DNA from: Chitinophagaceae bacterium
Lineage (GTDB): Bacteria > Bacteroidota > Bacteroidia > Chitinophagales > Chitinophagaceae
Reading direction: 5' to 3'
Assembly: GCA_947447825.1 (NCBI GenBank)
Contig: CANFLL010000007.1
Coordinates: forward strand, 10,318 to 74,317
DNA length: 64,000 bases
Positions 47,369 through 55,924 of the stretch are shown here, in pieces. Numbering within the stretch: position 1 is the stretch's first letter; the number at the start of each line of letters is the position of its first letter. The position numbers were made by a program, and so were the translations under genes. The notes under the pieces are model-generated. The model was not told the DNA's origin and did no database searches. It worked only from the letters and a program-made list of their open reading frames with translations.

Positions 47369-47571
47369 TTGTTTAATTGTTTAGTTAAACAATGTTACTG
47401 TATGTTTTCTATTCGTTTTTTTTATAGTATGGTGTCTTAACGATAGTTTAACGTTACGAAAAAATGTAAACGTTCTCAAAAAATTTGTTACTCATTGTGG
47501 GGAATTTAATAGGTTATTCAACACTTTTTTAGAAATAGACGAAAGTTGTTTTATCATCAAATAATCTTAAT

Positions 47572-47767
47572 GACTATCATCTATTTGGCAATTCGCTTAC
47601 ATCTTCTCCATCATCTCCCCGTAATTTCGACGATAGGAGAAATCTAACCGAAGACAGTAAGCAAAATCATAACATAATGCCTCCGATATTATTCCATGAG
47701 ATTTCTCCTATCGTTACAATGACGTTTACTAGTTCGAAATACGTTTATTGCCAAATGGCGGATAGTC
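47572..47767 (+). repeat. Copy B (uninterrupted) of the structured ~195-nt element
   Basis: Terminal inverted repeat gactatcatctatttggcaat / attgccaaatggcggatagtc. Perfect 16-bp internal helix acgataggagaaatct / agatttctcctatcgt. Same orientation as copy A. Confidence 0.75.
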
Positions 47768-47998
47768 ATTAAATTTTAATAATATCAATATTTAATTGGG
47801 TCTTTCAAATAATTTAAATGGACATAATAAATAGGAAGTTTTTATCTTTAAGTTCCTCTTCTTTATAAATCTGTAAAAAAAGTAGAATTAACATAAACAT
47901 CTAATTTATTTTAATTTCAATATTACAATTATTACTCTTTTTTCACATTAGGTTGAACTAAACACTTTTTTTAACTGCTTTTTAAAAAACAAATAGCG

Positions 47999-49078
47999 AT
48001 GAATAAAACATTACTCATTATTTCTACAGCAATTGTCATGGTAATTATTGGGTCGTCGGCTATTGATGCACCAAATAGGGCTTCTTATGCTGATGGTAGT
48101 AGGGTTACTGGCTACAGTGGTGGTTGCACATGTCATACTGCTGGCACAAAAGCAGGGGCTATTGTGCTTTCTGGACTAGACACTACCGTTTTAGCTGGTC
48201 AAACCTATCCTATTTCAATAATTATGTTCGATTCAACGGCAAAGCGTTGGGGCTTCGATATGTCGGTGCCTACAGGAACTTTTACAACCACTAATGCTAA
48301 TGCGGCTTTAACAGGAACAAGAAACATACATCATGGATCAAGTGCGCCTTATGGAACAACTACCTCTTATAAAGTAGATAGTATTTTTTGGACTGCACCA
48401 ACAAAGGCGGGTAAGGTTACTTTTAAATTTGCTTGTAACGCAGCAAATGGAGATGGATTGGTTGGTGGCGACCATACCTACAAAGGTACTTTTGCCACAA
48501 CAGTAGTTGTGCCAACACCCATCAATTTAAAATCGTTTACTGCAAATTTGGTTGGTAGTGAAGTGAGTTTGCAATGGGTTACTGCAACAGAACTAAATGT
48601 TGGTCATTTTGAAATAGAAAGAAGTACCGATAAACAGACCTTTTTTTCTGTGAAATCAGTATTGGCAGCAGGAAATGCTTCAAGTGCAAAAAATTATACT
48701 TTTTCTGAAAATGTGAGTGCTTTCACAGGTTTCGTTTACTACAGGTTGAAAACGGTTGACAAAACTGGTGTTACCTCTTACTCTGCCATTGAAGCAGTAG
48801 AAGTGAAAGCAAAAAACAATTTAATTACTTCTATCTATCCAAATCCTACTCATAGTGGTCAATCCATTCATTTTTCCTACAGTTCAGAAAAAGTTGCTAC
48901 AGTGGCTTTTTCAGTAGTAAACACTTTAGGTAAAAAATTATTTACTCAAAACATTTCCGTTAGTAAAGGAACTAATTTATTGACCTTGCCTATTGGGTCA
49001 TTAGCAGCAGGTAAATACATCTTAACAGCATCTGTAAACAATGTTTTAGTAAGTAGTTCAAGCTTACTTATTCAATAA
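47999..49078 (+). CDS. T9SS-secreted protein with unknown N-terminal beta-rich domain (GGCTCH motif), pre-CTD module and type-A CTD
   Basis: Signal peptide. C-terminal ITSIYPNPTHSGQSIHFSY...GKYILTASVNN...LLIQ. The pre-CTD module is shared with two other cargos in this window. Confidence 0.8.
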   Translation: MNKTLLIISTAIVMVIIGSSAIDAPNRASYADGSRVTGYSGGCTCHTAGTKAGAIVLSGLDTTVLAGQTYPISIIMFDSTAKRWGFDMSVPTGTFTTTNANAALTGTRNIHHGSSAPYGTTTSYKVDSIFWTAPTKAGKVTFKFACNAANGDGLVGGDHTYKGTFATTVVVPTPINLKSFTANLVGSEVSLQWVTATELNVGHFEIERSTDKQTFFSVKSVLAAGNASSAKNYTFSENVSAFTGFVYYRLKTVDKTGVTSYSAIEAVEVKAKNNLITSIYPNPTHSGQSIHFSYSSEKVATVAFSVVNTLGKKLFTQNISVSKGTNLLTLPIGSLAAGKYILTASVNNVLVSSSSLLIQ

Positions 49079-49108
49079 ACTTAATTATGTTTCTGTGATT
49101 AATACCCA

Positions 49109-49150
49109 AAAGGGCTGTCTCAAGTAGTTGAGCAGCCCTTTATTTATTTA
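49109..49150 (+). terminator. Hairpin terminator between convergent genes (47999..49078 and glgB)
   Basis: 9-bp stem aaagggctg/cagcccttt with a 15-nt loop, followed by a T-rich tract atttattta. Confidence 0.5.
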
Positions 49151-49166
49151 TGAAAAGTATTAAGTT

Positions 49167-51227
49167 TTATCCGATAACTACCCCTGCCAAAGGAGGTAGA
49201 TTAATTTCCAATCGATAACATTGTGTTGGTTCGTCTACTAGTGTAGCGTTAATTAAATTGTTGGTTATGTTTCCAGTTCCCCAAAATGCTTTACTGTCAC
49301 TATTAAAAATTTCTTTCCATATTGATTTGTTATGCACATACACATTCCAATTTTCACGAACCACAGGTGTCATGTTCAATATAATTACAACATCATCCCC
49401 CGCCATTTTGCCTTTTCTTTTATACACAACTACACCTTCTGCACGATGATTTAGATCAACCCACTCGAAACCATCAATGTTAAATTGTTTTTCGAAAAGT
49501 GCAGGCGTATTTTTATAGAGATTATTTAATTGTTGCACACACTGTTTCATGCCATTATGACTTTCATATTGCAATAAACCCCATTGCAACTCACTTTTAT
49601 AGTTCCATTCGGAAGTGGCAGCAAATTCATCGCCCATGAACAAAAGTTTAGCACCAGGATGGGTAAACATATAAGTGTATAATAAACGGAGGTTGGCAAA
49701 CTTTTGCCATTCATCGCCAGGCATTTTATAAATCATGGGGCTTTTACCATGCACCACCTCATCATGACTAAGCGGAAGCATGAAGTTTTCATCCTTAAAG
49801 TACACCATACTAAAGGAAAACTTATCTTGCTGAAACTGACGATAGATGGGGTCTAGTTTAAAAAAGTCTAGGGTGTCGTGCATCCAGCCCATCATCCATT
49901 TCATGCCAAAACCTAGTCCGCCTTCAAAAGTTGGTTTGCTTACACCGGGCCAATCTGTAGCTTCTTCGGCAATTGTTTGAATGTCGGGGAAATCACGGTA
50001 AAGTGTTTCGTTTAGGTCTTTAATGAAAGCAATAGCTTCTAGGTTTCCATTACCACCAAACTCATTTGGTTCCCATTGTCCTGCATTACGGCTATAATCT
50101 AATCGTAGCATACTGCTCACGGCATCAACCCTAATGCCATCCAAATGAAATTTATCGCACCAAAAACGAGCACTACTAATTAAAAAGCTTTTTACTTCAC
50201 CACGTTTGTAATTAAATATATAGCTGTTCCAATCTGGATGGTATCCTTTACGCATATCAGCATATTCGTAAGTGTGCGTGCCATCAAACATGAATAATCC
50301 ATGTGCATCATAAGGAAAATGTGAGGCCACCCAATCCAATATAACGCCTATTCCTGCTTGGTGAAAAGCATCTATTAAAGCAGCAAATTCCTGTGGATTG
50401 CCAAAACGGCTCGTGGGCGCAAAATAACCAGTGCCTTGATAGCCCCAACTGCCATCAAAAGGATGTTCGTTAATGGGCATTAGTTCCACATGCGTAAAGC
50501 CCATTTCTTTAACATAAGGTACTAACAATTCAATAGCCTGACCATAAGTGTTATATGTTTCTTCATTGTTTTTATCTGGGCGCATCCAGCTTGCCAAATG
50601 AACTTCATAAACAGAGTAAGGTGCATCAAGTGAATTGTGCTTTAATCTGGTTTTCATCCAGTCCTCATCATTCCAATTATAGTCTGTTTGCCAAGTTATT
50701 GAAGCAGTAAAAGGTCTTTTTTCAGCATAATTTGCATAAGGATCAGCCTTATCAATCTTTAAACCACCAAAACCATGAATATGATATTTGTATGCCTCAC
50801 CTTTTTGTATGTTTGGGATAAATCCCTCCCAGATACCAGAACGGTCTAGCCGAACATTAAGTGGGTGGCTTTCTTTATTCCATTCATTAAAATGGCCACG
50901 AACGCTTACCTGTGTTGCATTAGGTGCCCAAACGGCAAAATAAGTTCCGAGTGTATCTAGTACGGTTATTTGCTTATTACCAAACACATTGTATAGACTA
51001 TAATGCGTGCCTTGTTGAAAATTTTTGATGTCACTTTCCGAAAACAAAGAATAATTCCACACAGATTTAGTAGTGTCTACAAAATGTATTTCTTCATATT
51101 TTAAAGGAGAAGTAATGGTTTCAATTTCTTGAGTAACATCTTTGGTTACTTTCTTTTTTACTGTTTTCACAGCTTTTGGAACTTTCTCTGTGTCAGTAAC
51201 TTTCTTTTTAGGAGGCATATCAAACAA
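49167..51227 (-). CDS. glgB: 1,4-alpha-glucan branching enzyme (GH13_9)
   Basis: 686 aa with a CBM48-like N-terminal part. GH13 catalytic regions GVILDWVASHF, DGIRVDAVSSM, AEEATDWP and LSHDEV. Confidence 0.93.
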   Translation of the reverse strand: MFDMPPKKKVTDTEKVPKAVKTVKKKVTKDVTQEIETITSPLKYEEIHFVDTTKSVWNYSLFSESDIKNFQQGTHYSLYNVFGNKQITVLDTLGTYFAVWAPNATQVSVRGHFNEWNKESHPLNVRLDRSGIWEGFIPNIQKGEAYKYHIHGFGGLKIDKADPYANYAEKRPFTASITWQTDYNWNDEDWMKTRLKHNSLDAPYSVYEVHLASWMRPDKNNEETYNTYGQAIELLVPYVKEMGFTHVELMPINEHPFDGSWGYQGTGYFAPTSRFGNPQEFAALIDAFHQAGIGVILDWVASHFPYDAHGLFMFDGTHTYEYADMRKGYHPDWNSYIFNYKRGEVKSFLISSARFWCDKFHLDGIRVDAVSSMLRLDYSRNAGQWEPNEFGGNGNLEAIAFIKDLNETLYRDFPDIQTIAEEATDWPGVSKPTFEGGLGFGMKWMMGWMHDTLDFFKLDPIYRQFQQDKFSFSMVYFKDENFMLPLSHDEVVHGKSPMIYKMPGDEWQKFANLRLLYTYMFTHPGAKLLFMGDEFAATSEWNYKSELQWGLLQYESHNGMKQCVQQLNNLYKNTPALFEKQFNIDGFEWVDLNHRAEGVVVYKRKGKMAGDDVVIILNMTPVVRENWNVYVHNKSIWKEIFNSDSKAFWGTGNITNNLINATLVDEPTQCYRLEINLPPLAGVVIG

Positions 51228-51587
51228 TTTATTTTTGAATGTTATAATTTGAATATTGTTTTTTGAAATTAAGGCATAAACTGTTTATCGTTTATGCTGT
51301 GAAAGTAGCGTATAATTATCTAAATGGGGGTATTAACTTGTTGTTATCAAAACTAGCAAAGCCCAAGAAAACCTATTTATTGGAAGTTTTTAGCTTAGGA
51401 GAAAGTCTTTTATGGGTAGATTGTATTTCTAGAAAAGCATTATTGATTAATCACTATCTTTTTTTTAATTAACCAAAATATAGTTAGGCATTAAACCAGA
51501 ATCCTTGTGTTTCTTTGCAACAATTGAAAACCACATTCAATGAAAAATGTGGCGTTTGAACTGTTTGACTCATAAATTTTATAATAA

Positions 51588-52610
51588 ATGAAATCTGTTT
51601 TTATAAATGAAGCTTACAAGGTAAGTGTAGAAGAAGTTGATGAACCGCAATTGGCGACTGATGAGGTGTTGCTTGAAATTTTCTACATCGGACTTTGTGG
51701 AAGCGATTTAAGTTCCTATAAAGGAATGTCGCCGATGGTGGTTTATCCGGTTGTTCCTGGCCATGAGGTTAGTGCAGTTATTAAAAGTAAGGGGGCTAAT
51801 GTTCCCGATACCTATAAGGTGGGAGATAAGGTAACAGTGAATCCTTATTCTGCCTGTGGTGTTTGTTCGGCTTGCCGTGTTGGCAGAACAAATACTTGCC
51901 AGTATAACCAAACTTTAGGGGTGCAACGTAATGGCGCATTGAAAAAATATTTTGCTATTCATCATAGTAAACTTATAAAAAGTGATATTCTTTCTGAAAA
52001 AGAATTTGCTTTGGTAGAGCCATTAAGCGTTGGCTATCATGCAGCTAATAGGGGAGGCGTTTCTGAAATTGATACTGTTTTGGTGTTTGGTTGTGGCATG
52101 ATTGGCATTGGGGCAATACTGGCAAGTGTGCGTAAGGGAGCCACCGTAATTGCTGTTGACCTAGACGACAAGAAGCTTGAATTAGTGAAATCTTTTGGTG
52201 TGAAGCATGTTATTAACGCTAAAACAACGGATGTAATTACTAAAGTAATGGAGATAACGAATGGCGATGGAGCAAATGTATGTATTGAAGCTGTGGGCTC
52301 ACCTGCCACTTATACCACCGCTATTGAGGCGGCAGCTTTTGCTGGTAGAGTTGTTTATATTGGCTATGCAAAAAGCGATATATTGTTTAATACAAGTCTT
52401 TTTGTGAAGAAAGAATTAACCATAAGTGGAAGCAGAAATGCCCAATTTGAGTTTGGGCCAGTAGTGCAAATGCTGGAAAACAAATCAATAGATGCCGACA
52501 AGTTGATTACTAAAATTTATTCAATGGAAGAAACTGGACAGGCTTTGAAAGACTGGAGCGAAAACCCATCTGCGTTTATAAAGATTTTAATAGATGTGAA
52601 AAACGCTTAA
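51588..52610 (+). CDS. Zn-dependent medium-chain alcohol/polyol dehydrogenase
   Basis: Catalytic Zn ligands (GLCGSD, GHEVSAV), structural Zn motif CGVCSACRVGRTNTC, and Rossmann GxGxxG (VFGCGMIGIG). Confidence 0.9.
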   Translation: MKSVFINEAYKVSVEEVDEPQLATDEVLLEIFYIGLCGSDLSSYKGMSPMVVYPVVPGHEVSAVIKSKGANVPDTYKVGDKVTVNPYSACGVCSACRVGRTNTCQYNQTLGVQRNGALKKYFAIHHSKLIKSDILSEKEFALVEPLSVGYHAANRGGVSEIDTVLVFGCGMIGIGAILASVRKGATVIAVDLDDKKLELVKSFGVKHVINAKTTDVITKVMEITNGDGANVCIEAVGSPATYTTAIEAAAFAGRVVYIGYAKSDILFNTSLFVKKELTISGSRNAQFEFGPVVQMLENKSIDADKLITKIYSMEETGQALKDWSENPSAFIKILIDVKNA

Positions 52611-52740
52611 AAGTTGAACGTAATAAGTGTCATATTTTATTAGAAGTACCTGTTGGTTTCCGTTGCCAATTATGCAAATTTTTGGCTTTTCTTACTTTAG
52701 GGTCTCTGCTTTTGGTTATAATCTATTTCGATGAATCAAC

Positions 52741-52777
52741 ATAATGAAGGCTTCGTTCAACGCGAAGCCTTCATTAT
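52741..52777. terminator. Perfect 15-bp-stem hairpin between convergent genes (probable bidirectional terminator)
   Basis: ataatgaaggcttcg-ttcaacg-cgaagccttcattat. Followed on the plus strand by tttta. Confidence 0.6.
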
Positions 52778-52829
52778 TTTACTGAAATCAAACTTTTTAT
52801 GGTAGTAGATCTGGGGGGTACAGTCAGGT

Positions 52830-55697
52830 TTAGCTAAATAAAAATGCAACATCTTCTTCCGACAATGATTTTAGGAAGCTTTCTTCTTCGCCTATTAAAT
52901 CATCGGCAAGTTTTTTCTTTCGTTGTTGCAATTGAACAATTTTTTCCTCAATGGTTCCCTTACAAATCATTTGATAGGCAAACACTTGTTTTGTTTGACC
53001 AATTCTGTGCGCCCTATCAATGGCTTGTTGCTGCACGGCAGTATTCCACCACGGGTCAAAAAGAAATACATAATCGGCAGCTGTTAGGTTTAACCCAGCA
53101 TTACCCGCTTTTAAACTAATTAAAAACACACGAGCATCAGATTCTTCCGACTGAAACTCATTCACCAAATCTTGCCTTTTATGGATGGCAGTACCTCCAT
53201 CTAATCTTAAAAATGGTATATTGTTCTCATTAAAACTTTCTTCTAAAAGGTCTAACATGGTTGTGAACTGAGAAAATACCAACACTTTGTGGCTGCCAAT
53301 TAGGTTTGATAATTCCTCAATGAGCATCTTAGTTTTAATAGATTCTAAACTATCTATTCCCTCATCCTTCACCAAATGGCAGGAGTTGCATACTTGGCGG
53401 AGCTTCAACATGCCTGCAATAACACTCATTTTACCACTACTAAAACCTTTTTCTTTAATCTCTAAAAACACACTATTTCTAACCCTTTCTTTTATTGAAT
53501 CATAAGCATCCTGTTGAATAGGTTCCATACGACACCATAAAATACTTTCCATTTTTTCTGGTAAATCCTTAGCTACTTGTTCCTTGGTGCGTCTTAAAAC
53601 AAAGGGAGCAGTAATTTTCTGTAAGGCTTTGATTTTAACCTCATCTTGCTTAACATCAATGGGGTCGGCATATTCTTTTTTAAAGAAGTCTCGGCTGCCA
53701 AACATGCCTGGAAGCAAAAAGCTTAACTGAGCATACAAGTCAAATGTATTATTCATAACTGGGGTGCCACTTAATGCAACCCTTGTTTTTGCATTAATTT
53801 GAGCGATGGCACGGGTTATTAGTGCAGATGGGTTTTTAATGTTATGGCTTTCATCAACAACTGCCACCCCAAACGTAATTTGCCCTAGCTGTTCCACATC
53901 AGCCCTTAGCGTTCCATAAGTAGTAATGATTACATGGGGCATTTCTGTTGCAATAGCTTCAAAGTTGCGCTGAGAACCATGATAAACCATGGTTTTAAAG
54001 TGTGGAGCAAACTTTTGTAGCTCCTGTTCCCAGTTGAAAATTAGGGAGGCAGGGCAAATGATTATACTTAAATCTGTTTCATTTAGCTCATGTTGATGCG
54101 CCAGAAGACAAATTGTTTGCAACGTTTTCCCTAATCCCATGTCGTCTGCCAAACAAGAACCAGCCCCTACCTCAGCTAATAAAGCCATCCATTCAAAACC
54201 TTTTTGTTGATAGGGTCTCAAGGTTGCTTGAATGGTGTGCGGCAAAGGATAAATTGAAATGTTTTCTTTTTCTTGCCAATCTGACCATTTTTGCCACCAT
54301 TCTTTGTTGATGCTAGGTTTTAAAAGAGTGTCTTCATTGCTAGAATCATTTTCAGATTCTTTAATGGCCATCCATTTGGCTACTTCAATTTCTTTTTTAT
54401 TTATTCTTCCATGCTTAATGATTGAACCATATTCTTGAATCCATTGATCGCTTAAAATGCCAAGACTACCATCTTTTAATAATATTGCTTTTTGTCCTGC
54501 AAGTAATATTTTTTGTAGGGATAATAAACCAATTTCTTCACTGCCAAACTTTACAGAGAATGACATGGTTATGGTTTGTTGCTTTTGCTTTATGATGGAA
54601 ATGTCTGTAAGTGCTTTATGAGGAGAATACCTAAAGTGCTGCAACATGTCAATGCCAACAAGCTCAATGTTTTGATCGAGCATTTGGTGGTACACCTTTA
54701 AAAACCAACTTTTCTTCTGGGCATCTGCAAAGGATAGATAGAAATATCCATTTTTCTGGATAGCAAAGTTTGGATGAAGCTGGCGCAAAGAAGCTTCGAA
54801 GGCTTCTTCTTTTTCTCTATTTCGATGGATAATAAAAATTTCACCACCTTGAGTTACCTCTTTTGTTTCAGTCCAAAGTCCTTCGGTTAAAAAGTTTTCA
54901 TATAGCCATTGAGGGGTAAGCATCAGGAAAGAACCGCTTATTTCGCTAAGCATAATTCTGTTGATAGGCTCGGAAGTGATGTGTGTTTCTTTAAAATGCC
55001 CATTCCTATTTACTTTATAATTTTCTTCTAATTTCCCTATGACTTTTTCTTTAAATAAAGCAGGCGAAAGCTCAAAAGTTCTTATCTCCGGCGAGATAAG
55101 CCATTGCAAAGTTTGGTAATCCATGAACCTTAATAAGAAATATTCATGGTTACTCTCCAATAAAAAATCGTATTGTTTAAATGTGTTAAAAGGGAATTCC
55201 GCACCATTCAATACCACTGAAGGGGTTACTTTTAGTCGATTTTGTTGCTTGATGACATCAAACTTTAGCTGTGGGCGATAGGTGCTAAAAACGCATAAAC
55301 CAGTTTGAGTCTTACGTCTGGTTGTTGTTATTTGGTCGTACCAGTCAAAGTAAGCAGTGTATGGTAAAAAGTTTTCAAAATGTTGATGCAGTCCTCTTAA
55401 TAAAGCTGTTTTTCCAATTTCTTCGTTCGGCGTTCCCCTTTTATGAAATAAGTTGTTCCATGTTTCAATCTCCCATTCAGAGAGTGACGTATCACAAAAA
55501 AACAAGGCTGTTTCATAAACCAAGCCTGGTAATCGTCTAAAATATTTTTGTAATAATGTTTTAGAGAGATCAACTACTTCAGGTTTAGGAATCCCTTTTA
55601 CTTTTTTTATGAGCAATATGCTAATGATTCCATGGTAATGCTGAAGTTCTTGAGGGCAAAAAAGTAAGACAGCCTTTAAGGTAGATTTCTCTTCCAT
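52830..55697 (-). CDS. SNF2-family DEAD/H-box helicase (RapA/HepA-like, long N-terminal region)
   Basis: Motif I LADDMGLGKT, motif II VVDESHNIKN, and C-terminal helicase motifs (LISLKAGNAGLNLTAADYVFLFDPWWNTAVQQQAIDRAHRIGQ). Confidence 0.92.
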   Translation of the reverse strand: MEEKSTLKAVLLFCPQELQHYHGIISILLIKKVKGIPKPEVVDLSKTLLQKYFRRLPGLVYETALFFCDTSLSEWEIETWNNLFHKRGTPNEEIGKTALLRGLHQHFENFLPYTAYFDWYDQITTTRRKTQTGLCVFSTYRPQLKFDVIKQQNRLKVTPSVVLNGAEFPFNTFKQYDFLLESNHEYFLLRFMDYQTLQWLISPEIRTFELSPALFKEKVIGKLEENYKVNRNGHFKETHITSEPINRIMLSEISGSFLMLTPQWLYENFLTEGLWTETKEVTQGGEIFIIHRNREKEEAFEASLRQLHPNFAIQKNGYFYLSFADAQKKSWFLKVYHQMLDQNIELVGIDMLQHFRYSPHKALTDISIIKQKQQTITMSFSVKFGSEEIGLLSLQKILLAGQKAILLKDGSLGILSDQWIQEYGSIIKHGRINKKEIEVAKWMAIKESENDSSNEDTLLKPSINKEWWQKWSDWQEKENISIYPLPHTIQATLRPYQQKGFEWMALLAEVGAGSCLADDMGLGKTLQTICLLAHQHELNETDLSIIICPASLIFNWEQELQKFAPHFKTMVYHGSQRNFEAIATEMPHVIITTYGTLRADVEQLGQITFGVAVVDESHNIKNPSALITRAIAQINAKTRVALSGTPVMNNTFDLYAQLSFLLPGMFGSRDFFKKEYADPIDVKQDEVKIKALQKITAPFVLRRTKEQVAKDLPEKMESILWCRMEPIQQDAYDSIKERVRNSVFLEIKEKGFSSGKMSVIAGMLKLRQVCNSCHLVKDEGIDSLESIKTKMLIEELSNLIGSHKVLVFSQFTTMLDLLEESFNENNIPFLRLDGGTAIHKRQDLVNEFQSEESDARVFLISLKAGNAGLNLTAADYVFLFDPWWNTAVQQQAIDRAHRIGQTKQVFAYQMICKGTIEEKIVQLQQRKKKLADDLIGEEESFLKSLSEEDVAFLFS

Positions 55698-55924
55698 AAC
55701 GATATATTCAAGCTATAATAAGCGTGCAAACATAATTTTTATTCAAAAATGAAAGTCTATTTATTATTGCTTCTGTTTATATTATTGGGGTATTACTAAC
55801 TTCTGGTTTGAGTGTAGAAAAATTTTTCGCAAGCATATCTACCTTAATGCTCAATAATGTATGTGTTTAGACCAGATGTACCATTGTTAAACTGCTATTT
55901 AAATATTGACTAACTTTTTAGGCC

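Noticed and set aside
44656-47998. Composite transposon or genomic island bounded by the two element copies.
   Set aside because: There is no transposase, integrase, tRNA attachment site or clear target-site duplication at the outer ends. I kept this only as a low-level recombination hypothesis in the findings.
48090-48140. Heme-c binding site in the T9SS cargo (GGCTCH).
   Set aside because: The motif is CxCH, not the canonical CxxCH, so a c-type cytochrome call is not supported.
12564-55697. BREX/DISARM-type defence system, suggested by a PglZ-domain protein (12564..14120) and an SNF2 helicase (52830..55697).
   Set aside because: The PglZ domain is fused to a CheY receiver, which is the PorX architecture. 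The two genes are 40 kb apart. There is no PglX/DrmMI methyltransferase, BrxC/BrxL, DUF1998 or PLD protein nearby. Both genes sit in housekeeping contexts.
55749-55799. 16-codon hydrophobic mini-ORF (MKVYLLLLLFILLGYY) upstream of the SNF2 gene, as a possible type I toxin or leader peptide.
   Set aside because: It is too short to evaluate without conservation or ribosome-profiling data. AT-rich DNA readily yields Leu/Ile/Phe-rich mini-ORFs.
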